From Camelus ferus (taxonomy: Eukaryota): a stretch of 64,000 bases of DNA. The notes below the pieces were generated by a model that had not been told where the DNA came from, did not search any database, and worked only from the letters and a program-made list of their open reading frames with translations. The stretch is from contig NC_045697.1 of assembly GCF_009834535.1 (NCBI RefSeq), forward strand, positions 93,994,001 to 94,058,000, written 5' to 3'. Shown in pieces: positions 1 through 13,194 of the stretch (the first letter of the stretch is position 1; the number at the start of each line of letters is the position of its first letter). A program made the position numbers and the translations under genes.

Positions 1-937
1 GCTAAACAAAGTATTTATTCAAAATACTTTGTGTCACTTCAATTCGTAACATTAAAAATGGAAAATTTATGATTAGATCATTTAAGATATTAATTATTTC
101 TAATATCCACAAAACATTTTATTGAACTATGCCTGTGACTTCAAAGTTACAATTCCCTCTGCCATTTCCCACTTCTTCACCTACCTAACCCATGGTCTTC
201 ATTCCAGACAGTGTTCACGCATTACTTGATGTAAAAGAGTGTTACCTGGCTTAACCTAATCTAACATACATATTCTATGCTACAATATAGGAGGTCCTGT
301 AGCACTCTCAAAGCACTTTTGTTACTTTTGGAATATAAATTAAAGTTAAGACACACATAGAAACTTCCATTTCCAGGAATATGGCTGAGAGGTAGCTTTG
401 TTTATGGTCAATAGGAAACGGCTGGCTAGGTATTAGGACCCTCTTTCACCAAAAATCACTTAAAAATGAATTTAAAAGATGATAAAATACAATTTTCTGG
501 CCCAAATCCAAGTGACAGTAAATGGTTTTGGAAAGCAGATCCAACCCAAAGAATTGATTATTCCTGAAGTTACATTTGCCATGAGGGCACTTCCTAACCC
601 TGGGACCTTGAACTCCAGGTTTTTCTGCTGAGGCAGCACATCACCAGAAACCAAATGCAGGCTATGTTCCCCAGGGGCTGCAGAATGGAGATCTATTCAC
701 CATAAATGTGGGATCCTGAAGGCACCCTTCAATGTAACGATACAGCAAATTCACCTGCCCCACCACTCACTGCCAGAAGCCTGCCAGGAACCGCACTACC
801 TTCAGCAAGCCTGTAGGAGGAAGGACAAAGGTCCACAGACGCGTAAGCAACAGACCTAAACTGCTTAGGATTCATTATTTTAGCATATTAATTTCACATT
901 TGTGATACATTAGTAACTAAGGTTCACTGAGCAACCG

Positions 938-1075
938 CAGTTATCCTTCATTTAATAAACGGGAAATGTAAAGCAAGGCAGGATACAGTGCTTTGCTCAA
1001 TGTCACAAAGCTAGCAAATGGCAGAGCGGAATCTATCCAAGGCAGCAATCTTTCTAAACTATTAAACTGCCTCCC
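938..1075 (-). mobile_element. MIR SINE fragment
   Basis: 'ttatccttcatt...tgctcaatgtcacaaagctagcaaatggcagagc' resembles the reverse complement of the MIR core. Confidence 0.7.
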
Positions 1076-2354
1076 AGTTTCATGTTGCTGCCACAAATGT
1101 CACTTGAAAATTCTGATTGCCAAAGTCATAACTCAAAAGGTTGTATTCCTACACTCCAGATTTTATGGAATGAAAATGTCATGGTGAGGGTGTATGTAAG
1201 TACTGAACTGCTTTCAGATTCCCATGGTGGTTTTCTGCTGCTAAATCCAAGTATCTACACATTTTATAGACAACATTCATAAAATATAATGTTTGAATTA
1301 GGATAATGGAATAAAGAAAAAGTTAAAGATAGAGGGCACATTATATTATTTCTGTATTTTCTATTTTATAGATACGGATGGTACCTAATAGCATACGTAA
1401 TAGATGTGTACATATATGTATATATGGTAAGATTTGTTGAGTTTCTTTATAAAACTTTAAAGGGCCCATTTCTTTTTTTATTCCATTTTTTCACTCCTAT
1501 ATCTGTTTTAAAGGAATCTATAATACCATGGGAACATTCCAACATGGACAAGTTCTTAAGAGGGAAACAAAAAAATTTCTCTTAAATGCAGAGACTAAAT
1601 AATAATATCACTCCTACTAACTAAAGGGTAAGGCCAAAATGGAAATCAAGTTAGAAGAGTCTGAAGTCAAATGAGAAATAAAATGAATTAAGACAGTTTA
1701 CTCAAAATGCTCGCTGTGGTTAATCTAAACAATCCTGGTCTAAAATTATGAATTAACTTAGATCCAACAGGAAGTAAAACACAGGCATAACAGAAGAGGG
1801 AAAATCTCTAACCCCTCTGAATTATAACCCAGCATTGTAACCTATCTGTTTGCAAAACCCAAATCAACCCTTCCCACTTAACGTGTTTTATTTGACCTGT
1901 CAGTAGTCCTTTGACCATTTGTAAATTAATCAGAAATTAAGGAATTGTCTCATATTCTGAAATACCTTACTCCTTCTGTAACAGACATTTTAGAGCAGGG
2001 GAGCAGGGTAGTTTAACCATAACATCTGAAACATGTCAAGTGGATTGTTGAATATCACTCTCATACAATGACCTCCCTGTGTGGTAGTTATGTTCCCTTT
2101 ACTCTGACATGAACTTGGAACAACATGTGGCAGCAATCCAATGGTTCTAAAAACATTCTCTCTTTAACTTCTCATATGTAAAAATGTTTTCTTACAGGAC
2201 CATATGTATTCCTTTGTCATGAGTTTGCCTCATTAAAAAACTGCATGTACTTAATACATCTTTCTGTGTGGCGGCAAGCCACTTTCAATGTTACAGACTA
2301 CCTGATAATATATTTCTAGTAATAAATACAACTAGATACCAAAATAAAAAAATT

Positions 2355-3300
2355 TAATTCAATTCAATTATTTATTTACCATTTTACAAATGTATACTGT
2401 TCATTCACTATGTCCCAAGCACTGAGCTAGTTACCTTGGACAAAACTGCAAAAAGGGAAGACAAGAATCCTTTGGCAATTCACAGCCAAGCAGAGAACAC
2501 AGACATTAAGTCTGTGACAGACACTTTGAGGGGCAGTGCAGGGCGCTAGGGGGGTAAATAACAGGGGCTCTTCACCCAGCTAAGACTCCATGAAATAATT
2601 TCTAAAAGGTAATAAATAAGGTATAATTTGAAGAATGAGTAACAATTAGGCTCTAAGAGGATCTGGAGAAATGGAAACAACTTGTAGTAAATCTCTAAGC
2701 AAAATGTGAGCAGGTTTGTTCAAGGAAATCCAAGAAAAGTTAGGTATGTTTGGAGCACAGAATAAAAGAAGAAGAAATCAAACTGGACAGGGAATCTTAG
2801 GCCAGGTGATGTAGGATTCTGCAGGCCATGCTAATGTTTTGAAGTTTTATGTTAAGCATAATGAAAAGTTTTTGAATCATTTTGATTCAAGAAGGATATG
2901 ATCAGTTTGCATTTTTCAAAGATCACTTGAGTTTCATGTTATAAATTAACTAGAAAGTAGACATTTGGGAGACTGATGAGGAGTTATGAAGCTATCATAA
3001 TAGTCAAGTTAAGATATGGATGTTGGCACTGGAGGTAGATAAAACTGGAATGGTTTCAGGACTACTCCAGAGCAATAATAAATCCAATTTGGTGGCCAGT
3101 TGGAGGTACAGGTGAGAGGGGCATGAAAAACCAGCCCAGACTGTAAATGAAGGGATTAGCTTTGGATAAGAAGTAACTCCTCCTCCATTCTAAGTAAATG
3201 GTGATAGAGATGGTAGAGGTGGAAATTTAGGCCTGCTGTCAAAAAAGTGTAATGAGTTTGTTAGATGGTTTCTAATTTTCAGGGATACAGTCACAAGAGT
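2355..3300 (-). mobile_element. L2 LINE 3' fragment
   Basis: attcaattc tail, then 'cactatgtcccaagcactgagctag' and L2-like 'gatcagtttgcatttttcaaagatcact' blocks. Confidence 0.7.
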
Positions 3301-4577
3301 GAATTATCTTATATAACATTTCCAGAGGAACTGAAAAATATTACCATGATAGGGTACAGCTCAGAAAAGCACGTCATAACGCCCACTTCATTTATGATAA
3401 CGTAAGCAGCTGATCTGATCTTAATGATCTAGTGAAATAAAAAAATTTTGATGATGTTTATATGCAAAGCATATTCTGGGATTGAGGTTATAGGAGAAAA
3501 GAATTACGTGTTCCTTTAGGCCCTCAAAACTAGTTTTAATGTTTTCTCCAAAGTTATGCAGTTCTACAGTGAAAGTATTGAAAGAAGATTGAGTAATATA
3601 GTTTAAGCTTGAGTCTTTAGTATATTACAAGATAAGCTTTCTTACAAATTATAGAACCACCTTTGGAAACACAACTAAATTGCACAGCACTTTAGTTTAA
3701 AAGTATAACTTGGAAATAGCCTAATTTCTACCAACTTTTTAAACTATCGCATAGAATGATATAAAACTGACTCGAAAGTATAACTAGTATCAACTCATCT
3801 TAAAGGAAACACTCAACCAGCAATCAGGCAGCTCACAATTGATCTGCACGACTACTACCAGGGAGGTGAAGATTCCCTAGTATACAGTCTTGGAGTAACA
3901 ATTATACAACTCTGGGAATTAGGTTTAAATCAGAAATCAACTGACATAAACAGCATGCTGTTCTCTGAAAACAAGTAAATTATTTCTGGAGTATAGGTGA
4001 ATGTGTTAACTCACATACCCTGGATTAACACTCATGTTAACAATGTTCAGAGAAAAATGTTTTGAGATTTAATTTTCAAAGCTTTAAAATGAGAAAAGTA
4101 TTTTGCAGCTTTATCACAAGGATCAGCTACATGGAATGCATACTAACATGACTCATCAGTCATAGCACATCACACTTTATTTCTACTGGGCACATTTATT
4201 CAACATAAAGAGATCAAGCAGAGAAAGTAAATGACAAATGCTTCTTCAGACACCATTTGACCCAGCAAGTGTTAGACTCTGCTGGCAAATCACAGTGGCT
4301 GTAAATAATAGAGTTAATTGCAGGCCTTTTTTCTGTTTCAAAAACTCAGTTGTGCTCATCAAGATTAAAAAAAAAAAAAAAAGTCCAGCAGTGATTATTA
4401 TATTAGTAAGCAATTTCCATGTTGCTCATCATTACTGTTGTTTATCAAAACTAAGCATGCTGCTCCGACAGAGCCAGGATGGGGTGGGGAGCATGAAACC
4501 TTTAGTTTTGAACTCAGGGCCATTAGGTATCAATCTAAAGGGACACACTTAGTATATAGTGACTGGATTCCCCAACC

Positions 4578-4750
4578 CACTGGTTTGCAACTCTGGCTGT
4601 GTATAACTGTTACTTTCCAAAATCCCAGTTCCCAGGTCCCATCTACAGCTAACTACATGGGAATCTTTGGAGGTAGACCCTTGGCTTCAGGATTTTTCAA
4701 AAATACCCCTAGATGATTCTCATGCACATCCAGGTTGACAGCCAATGGTC
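4578..4750. mobile_element. MER5-like hAT-Charlie MITE
   Basis: 'ggtttgcaactctggctg...cccctagatgattctcatgcacatccaggttgacagccaatgg' resembles MER5 ends. Confidence 0.65.
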
Positions 4751-5994
4751 TATAATACTCTCCTCTTTCTTAAAATAATCTAATAGAGATCTTTGAGGCT
4801 GTGTGGTCACTAAAACATTATCAATATTTCTTCCTTTATAAAGCACTCAGCTAGATCTATTCTTAACCAAAAGTGCCTAATAGTCAGCTGGAGCTGCACA
4901 CCTACTGAATAGTGAACCCAAGAGTTCCACAAAAGGTAAGAGCTGCCAGCGGGCAGAGGTTTGTTTATTCCAGCTACTGTGTATCCTGAAGCTCATCTTT
5001 CAAAGTATGAAAATATAGTGATGTGCTATCTTCACATACAGATTGCAGCAGTATTGAGGAAATCCTAATTATTTTATTACATGAGTGATCACAAAAGCTG
5101 TCCTTCTCAAAAGATGACAGAAAAACACTGAAACCTATCTTTGTTTTTACAGACCAGCAATGATCTTAAAAAATAGAGTTCATCTCCTAACCAGTGTATT
5201 CATTGTCAGTAAGTATTGACAGCAGACAAAAGGCCACCATCAAAAGTCTGAATCACTGGCCCAAACATCTGCTGTTTCTTCATTTTAGGGACTTGCCTGC
5301 TGAGCAGACTTTGCAAAACCATTAACGAGCATGACATCTATAAAGAAAAGAGAGTAGATAAGAGAGACATCTAATTAAGGAGAAGAAAGATATGGAAAGT
5401 GGAAACTTATAAACCCTACAAAAAGACAAAGTAATACCTTAAATCCAAGTGGCACATAGAGCACTTAAGAGTAAGACCTCTGATAAAAAAACACAGAAAT
5501 TAATCAAAAAGCCATTTCCAATGTAGGCTGTAATGATGTGCTAACATATCTCACATCATCTAATATGTTTTGCCTTTCCTAGTATGTGTTCTGAATCTAT
5601 CCTAGTAGGAGTTAAAAATGAACCATTTTGTAATCTGAGCCTCTCTAGAGAAACACCAGAGTGAATATGGCTCATATTTATGACTGCTGAATATTTTAAT
5701 TTCTACTTCAAGTAGAAAATATCAAGATTTTGTCATATTTCCAGAAATAAGATGTGAATAAAAAGTAAGGTCACTATGTAGAGGAAGAAAGGGCTAAACT
5801 GGAAAACTGATTAATTTTGTTGTTCATGGAGTGATTTTCAATATTGGTTTTGACATGTCGTACAAAAAGATTGCTTTATTGAAGTCATTATTTTTTTTAA
5901 CAATCCAAAGCAATTCTTTTTTATGGAAATCTCTGTAAATAAACTATATGTGAATTTGATAGTATGCTTTGTTTATTATTACAGCAAAATCTTA

Positions 5995-6215
5995 ACAATA
6001 CTAGTAAACACTTATATGTATGGACAATTTCAGTATTCAAATCACTTTACATATTAATCCAACTCTTACAAAGAACAAAAATTAATATATTTTCTCAACT
6101 TTTAAATGACATAGAATGATTGAGCAACTTGCCCGAACTAACAAAGCTACGTAACAGTCAGGATTCAAACTGAGACATGTCAAACCGTGAACAGCAGAGC
6201 AAGTATGCAAATAGT
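5995..6215 (-). mobile_element. MIR SINE
   Basis: 'cactttacatattaatc...gagcaacttgcccgaactaacaaagcta...caggattcaaactgag' matches the reverse MIR pattern. Confidence 0.65.
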
Positions 6216-8277
6216 CTAGGCCTCAGAATCGCTCTTCTGTTTTATTGTTGTTGTAAAAATCAAATTCAGCAAAGAAACAGTAAAGGCCAACTTCTTTTTG
6301 ACATTCCTAAAAACCAATTCCACACTCAGAGGACACGCCGTAGAGATTTGGGAAGGCAGAGCAGGAGCGCACTGTCATTTTGCTAGCTGCCCTGCCTCTA
6401 CCAGTTCCGAAACCTGACAGTTAGATATGTAGTCAGTTTGCTTTAGACAGATCCCTAATTATCACAATGAGTTTCACAGAACTCTAAAATAACTGTAATT
6501 TGAATTTTAAATACTTGAAATAATTACGTGTCATATAGTTTTGGGGGACAGAAAGGGGTTTCATGCTATAAACTGTAAAGTTGGAGGTTTCAGCCCATCC
6601 AAAATGCCAGAAATAATTATTGCAGAATTTCAGCTAAAATTAACCAAGAGCAACACGTCTTCTCTTAGATTTGATAGAGAGCATTGAGACAATCAAATCC
6701 AGCTTTCCATCTGGTATGTAAGTCTCTTTTAAAAAATTTAATACAAGAAGTGTTTGAAGTACCTTGGCAAGACACTTAAATGGAGAGCACTGTTTTAGTC
6801 AGTGTTCATTCACAGTGATGGGGTCCTTATTTGATGTGTACTTTGCCAGCTACTTTGAAATTGCAAATAACAAAAAGGAGAATTGACCAGGCAAGGCAAT
6901 ATTCATCCAAAGAGCCTTTATAACTTGCTGCCAATAGCAACATATCTTGAAAGGCTAGAAACAAACTTCACTCAAAACGTTTTCATTATTAAACACAGTA
7001 TTAATCCAGTACTACATATCTTAGAGTATACTGCATAGGTTCAAAATAGTTAAATATACAATGATCTCCATAGCTTTATTTTTTCTTCAATTATAAAAGT
7101 CTGCTTTATATAAGGAAGAACATACTTGTAGATTGAAATATACTTGTAAACTGAAATACTTCAAAGTAAGTTAAAGACTGAAGTAATCATACCACAGGAC
7201 CTCTGGCTTCAGTGGTGACATGTAAACAGCCTGGAAGTTGTCACCACTGCCCTCACAATGACAATAACAACAATGATGGAGAAACAGAAAAACAATGACT
7301 TTTCTTGGACACATCGGAGAACTGAAGCAGCAGGGCAAAAAGCCACTGAAAAACATGCAGAGCGATGAGTCCAGAGTCACAGTTGAGATCAGCTCCCTTG
7401 GAACAGAAATTACTGGAAATATAAATTGATGGGGTATCTAATGATAATTTCAATGGCATGCTGGAAGCTGACTGTTGATTAGCATGAGAATGAGAAAATC
7501 CTGAGGGACAAAGTCTTAGAGAAGCCCACAGATTTTTGTGAGTTTCCCCTTCAGGAATCTCCGCCTCCCCAGAGTTCTCACACTGGAGAGCCAAAAATGT
7601 GCCTTCATGGTTCCGGTGAGCGGAGGGGAAATGTAAATATTTTGGAATAATCCAAGTGTGTTCTCCATAACAAGGTGAATACTCCAGAGGAAAAGGTTTT
7701 ACTAGAGCTGTACCCTAAATAAGGGAAAGGGATTTCCCCAATTACTGGCTCCTCTAGGCTTCTGATCTCACCTACTATGGGGGGGGGGGAATAAACTGCA
7801 TAAGCACTAGGTTATAGAACATCCCCCTCCCTCACCTTTTCCACACCAACAGGGCTTCAGCTGAATAATGATGGATTAGAGCTAAGAGAGCACCAGGACT
7901 CAAACTATCTAAGGAGGAATTATTAAGAAAGCCCAGGGACCACAGAAAAAACAAGAAGCAGGACAGCAAAGGAAGGAATCAGAAGGCTTGGAACCTACAA
8001 CTCCAGAAAAAGTTAAAAACAACCCAACTTCAAACCAGATGTTGGTTTGAAACACAAATTTTCACCATGTCCAGATGTTTTTGACAATGAATGCTATCAA
8101 AATTTTAAAGATGAATGTTGTCAATTCTATCCAATCTCTTCCAGAAAATAAGGAAGAGAAAACTTTCTAACTCTTTTTATGAGACCAGCATTACCCTACC
8201 AGCAAAATCAGATAAATCCATTACAAGAAAGAAACACTACAGATCACTATCTGTCATGAACATAGCTATGGTACATG

Positions 8278-8731
8278 TGTGAAGGAAAAACCGGGCTGGT
8301 CTGACAAGATAACTCATAAGTCTAGGAATGTGAAGGAGAGGCTGGGCTGGACTAACAAGTCTAAGTATTGGAATACTGATCTGAGTTCTGCTGGACTAAC
8401 TTGTAAATCTAGGTTAATTAGTGTTGGTTTGCTGTTCATGTTTTTTTGCTAGCCAGCTGGATTTTCAAAGATACATATCTGGCTTTGGAATGTTGGTTTG
8501 CTGCCTCCCCGCCTCCACTTTTGTGATGATGATGCTGCTAAAGCTGTTCCATGCCTATTGGCCCAATACCCCAAGCTTGTACTTTACCCTATAAAACCTC
8601 ATGTGCACATCTTGAAGGTGCTCAGAGCTTCGGAGCAGAAGCCCCTCTGAGCCCACCGGCGTAATACATCTGAGTACTCCAACCCTCCGAGTGGGTGCTT
8701 GTTTCTTCACCGGCCTGTCGTTTCCGTAACA
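8278..8731 (+). mobile_element. Solo LTR (ERV1-like)
   Basis: TG...CA termini (tgtgaagg...ccgtaaca); 4-bp flanks catg/tatg; TATAAAA 8590-8596; AATACA 8663-8668; splits L1 ORF2 sequence. Confidence 0.8.
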
Positions 8732-9728
8732 TATGTACAACGAAATATTAAGATATCACATCAGCATTGTGCAAGAAGAATGATGTACCACAAGCAAGTG
8801 AGAATGATTTCTGGCAAACAAGGCTGTTTCAACATTCAAATATAAATCAGTATAAGCTCTCACATCTACAGGCTAACGGAGAAAATCATATAATCATATT
8901 ATTCAATACAGAAAAAGCATTTAACAAAATCTAATACCCATTCATGATAAACTCTCTCCTGATGACCTCACTTATCTGTGGAATCTAAAAAACAAAAAGG
9001 GAAATGAGGGATCCTTTTTAACTGAATGGAAATGGAAACATAGCTTATCAGAATGTCTAGAATGCCAATAAAGAAGTGAAAACTTAAATTTAAAGTCCTG
9101 TCAAAAAAGAAGAGGTTTCAAATAAATGTTCTCAGCTTCTACCTTAAGAAACTACAATTTGAAGGGGAAATTAAGTCCATAGTTACCAGGAGAGATAATA
9201 AAAATCAAGAAATGAATGGAGAAGAAAATAAACAAACAAGAAAACACTAGAGAAAGTAAATGTAATCTAACTCTGGTTCTTTGAGTGATATATAAAATCA
9301 ATTAACTTCTAGCCAACCTTATCAAGAAAAATGAGAGAAGATACAAATTATTAGTATCAGAAGTGAGAGAGGTAACATCACAATGGATTTTACACAGATT
9401 GAAAGGTAAGAAATTATCAATGATCTTGTGCCATTTAATTCAACAATTTAGATTAGTAGAAAAATTCCTTGAAAGATTATATAATATTAAAGCTCAGTCA
9501 TGAAGAAATAAATAAATAGATCTGCATTTATTAAGCAAATTGAATTTGTAGTTAAAAATCTTCCCACACAGAGAAAAGCCCAGGACCTGGTGGCTTTTCT
9601 GGAAAATTTTACCCAATACTTAAGAAGAAATAATACCAACACAATGTGGTACTATCATTTAGTTATAAAAATAAATCAGTGGCACAGAATAGAGAGACTA
9701 CAGATAGACCCATTTATATGGTCAACTG

Positions 9729-10206
9729 TGTGAATGAAGAATACTGCAAACCATTATCAGTAAACAAAGAATGCTGAAATCACCAAGTCATCAGAGGCTG
9801 CCGCCACCCCCCAGCAAAGACAAGCCTGCAGCCCAGCCTCTGCAGCCACACACAATGGTGCACCCTGAGGGGACTCAGAATAAGAAAGGACAGGATACTG
9901 GCCTTAGACAGCTAGATGCTTGTCAAAGGAATGAATTCAATGAGCCCAGATGTTTGCTTCCTCCCATACACAGAAAAGCGCTAAATTCTTTAACTTGAGA
10001 TGCCTGATTTTCTTCAGATAATAAGTAATCTTTTATTGTTTCAACTACCTGATCTTTGTTATAAAGCTCCTATATATCCTAGCTTCTCCTCTACCTCTTC
10101 GGAGCAGTCCCTCAGAGCCATATGAGAGGCTGTCAACCAGGCTCGAGTCCTCCCGCCAAATAAAACAACTCTCAACTTTTATGCTGCACATTTATTTCAG
10201 TTGACA
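9729..10206 (+). mobile_element. Solo LTR (ERV1-like), copy A
   Basis: tgtgaatg...gttgaca termini; TSD actg/acag; TATA-like tatata at 10071; AATAAA 10159-10164; inserted into the L1 motif ggtcaactg|atttttga. Confidence 0.9.
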
Positions 10207-10449
10207 ACAGATTTTTGAAAAACTTGCAAAGACAATTCAAAAGTAAAAGGTTATTCTTTTCACCTCATTTCACTGGAAAAGTTTCAATCCATACCTAGCA
10301 TCATATAAAAACTGAATTAAAATATATCTTATGTGTAAATATAAAACCTAAAATTAAAATTTGTAGGAGAAAACATTGGAGAAAATATTTGTGAATTTGA
10401 GTTAGGCCGACCTTTCTTTAATATGACATCAAAAAATCAAAATTTGTAC

Positions 10450-10946
10450 TGTCAACTGAAATAAATGCACAGCCTAAAAGTTGAGAGTTATGTTTTATTT
10501 AGCGGACATTTCTGAGGACTCAAATCCCTTGGAGCCCAGGATGACAGCCTCTCAGATCGCTCTGAGGGATTCTCCTAAGAGATAGGGGAGGAGCTAGGAT
10601 ATATAGGAATTTTACAACAAAGATCAGGTAGTTGTAACAGTAAAAGATTACTTATTAACTGAAGAAAACCAGACAACTCAAGTTAAAGAATTTAGTGCTT
10701 TTCTATGTATGGGAGGGAGCAAACATTTGGGCTCATTGTATTCATTCCTTTGACAAGCACCCAGCTATCTAGGGCTAGTATCCTGCCCTTTCTTATTCTG
10801 AGTCCCCTCAGGGTGCACCATTGTGAGTGGCTGCAGAGGCTGGGCTGCAGGCTTGTCTTCGCTAGAGGGTGGTGGCAGCTGCTGATGACTTGATGGATTC
10901 AGCATTCTTAGTTTACTGATATGGTCTGTAGTATTTTTCGTTCACA
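10450..10946 (-). mobile_element. Solo LTR (ERV1-like), copy B, same family as 9729-10206, inverted
   Basis: Reverse complement aligns end to end with copy A (perfect 39-bp match of 9851-9889 to 10787-10825); own TSD gtac/gtgc. Confidence 0.9.
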
Positions 10947-12059
10947 GTGCTTTATGAAAATTTAAAACTTCCCCTCTTCATACAACACTGATAAGAGAAT
11001 GAAAAGACAAGCTACAGTTTGGAAAAAACTATTTGTGACTATATATGTAATAAAGGACTTGCGTCCAAAATATATAAAGAACTCACACTGATTAGTAAGA
11101 AGGCAAACAATTCAAGAAATAAATGGACAAAATATTTGAACAGACACTTTGCTGAAGAAAATATAGGGATGAAAAATAAGCATATACAACAATGTTCAAC
11201 ATGATTAGAAAAATGAAAAGTAAAACCACAATGAAATACTACTACACACCCATTAGAAAGGCTATCCATTCCAAGTACTGGTAAGGAAGTGGAGCAGCTA
11301 GAACTCTCATACACCGGTAATGTAAATGGAAAATGGTACTGCCACTTTGGAAAGTGTGACCGTTTCTTACGAAGTTAAAACACTTACCACATAACCCAGC
11401 CATAAAATTGCCAGGCTCTTTCCAAGACAGATGAAAGCATATGTCCATACAAAGATTTGTGCATGGATAGTCACAGCATGCATATGATAGCCCCATACTG
11501 GAAATGACCAAATGTACATCAATAGGTGACTGATAAAATAAACTACAGTATATCCACATAATGGAATACTACTCAGGAACAAATGGAACAAACTTGTGAT
11601 ATATACAAAACCTGAATTTTCAAAATAACTATGTGGAATGAAACAGGCCAGATAAACAAGAGGTAATATAAACAATGTAAACATACTATGTATTTTCACT
11701 TATGTTAAATTTTAGAATATGAAAAATAAATACTATTGACAGAAAGCAGGTAAGTAGTTGCCTTGAGGTATGGTGAAGGGTTGGGAGGGGTAGGAAGAAG
11801 GTACAAATAGAAGCATAAGGAAATTTAAGGGCTGCTTGCTGTATTTAGTATTTTGAGAGTGATGATTTCCAAGGACATACATATTCCAAAACTGTCAAAT
11901 AATGCACTTTAAATATGCACAGTTTACTGTGAGTCAATTATACCTCGATAGAGTTAAAAAAAAAAAAAAAACTTTGTCAGGACACGTTCTTTTAGCTATC
12001 TTTCTTATCCTCTTCATAAGATTTATATCTTGGAAGAGTTGGTATTTTCTTCCTGTATT

Positions 12060-13135
12060 TCTTTCCTCACCTTGTGTTCAACCCTGAACCCAAGCCATCT
12101 GGCTTCCACCCCAAGCTTCTGTCAAAATCCTTCCCAGTAAGTAACCAATGGCTTCTCTATTATTCTAAATGACTTTTTCATTTCCTGTCTCACTGGACTT
12201 CTCAACAGCATTCAACATTCTTTACCTTCCTTTTTTCATCAAACCCTCTGTTTTGTTACTAAACAAAAATTCCATCAGGGTTTCACCTATGTTGTGGCCA
12301 ATCGCATTCTCTAACATTGGCTCAGTCTTCCTAACCTGTTCATTAAACGTCACTGTTCCCATGAATTAGACATAACCCCCTCCGGCTTTTTTCGATTCTT
12401 AATCTTCAACCACATTTATTTTAGTCAGCATCTCTCTACTCCAAATTATTTCACAGCCTAGAGCCCTCCTCTGAATTCTAGCCCTCTATGACATACATAT
12501 GTCTACTTGGGGTATATAAAAATACCTCAACTTTTTTAACCGTATGTTTCTATCCCGTTTTGTTTTCTACAATGCAGCCAGGGCAGTGTTTTAAAAATAA
12601 AAATCCCATTCCCCAGCTCACTCTGGAAAACACATCACAGCCTTCCCAACGATCTCAGGTTAAAATGTAAACCTTCAGCAAGATTTAAAACATCAAATTA
12701 CCCTTACCTACTTGTGGACCATCTTATATACCCTGCTCCTAATTCTTTGAATTCCTGATGCCTTGTTTAAATCACAAGAACATTGCTTTCTCTCAAACAA
12801 GGCTTCTGTATGCTTTTCTTACTGGTCGGCACTCAATCCCAAGCCTTCTCTGCTTTTCATCTTTTTCAACTGTCCTCCTCAGATCTCAGCTCAAATGAAT
12901 TTTCATTAGGAAAGATTTTCGATTTCCTGTTACCTGATCTGGAACCAGCCTGTTTCCTTTTCCCTTGGCACTTTTAACACATTTTGATTATAAACTGATA
13001 CATTTGCTTAGGGGTGATGTATTCCACTAACCTGAAAACCCCAAAAGGCCACAACCGTATCTATTTTGCTCTTTACTGTTTCCTCATAGCCATGAACAGC
13101 GCCTGACACGTAGAAGGTAAGTGAATAAACAAATT
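12060..13135 (+). mobile_element. L2 LINE fragment to 3' end
   Basis: 'tctggcttccacccc', 'gacttctcaacagcattcaaca', and 3' end 'cagcgcctgacacgtagaagg...gaataaa'. Confidence 0.75.
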
Positions 13136-13194
13136 AACATTCTGTGTGCTGTAGAAAGAAATATCACAGTTGACTTTTAATAACTTTTATAGGA

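Larger units (their letters stand above)
7195..11970 (+). mobile_element. Old fragmented L1 (L1MC/L1MD-like; 5' region, ORF2 pieces, 3' UTR and A-tail), interrupted by three solo LTRs
   Basis: ORF2 motifs 'ttatgagaccagcattacccta' (~8180), 'gaaaaagcatttaacaaaat' (~8910), 'ggtcaactg|atttttga'; 3' end 'cagtttactgtgagtcaattatacctc' followed by poly-A to 11970. Confidence 0.85.

Noticed and set aside
7122..7157. 18-bp tandem duplication
   Set aside because: Real, but an ordinary slippage product with two copies; not an array
9729..10946. Full provirus or DNA transposon with long TIRs
   Set aside because: Proviral LTRs are direct repeats; here each arm has its own TSD and the spacer is host L1 sequence
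11019..11699. Overlapping 61-110 aa ORFs
   Set aside because: Sense and antisense translations of decayed L1 ORF2 C-terminus and 3' UTR; the same applies to ORFs at 21869-22449 and 35996-36497
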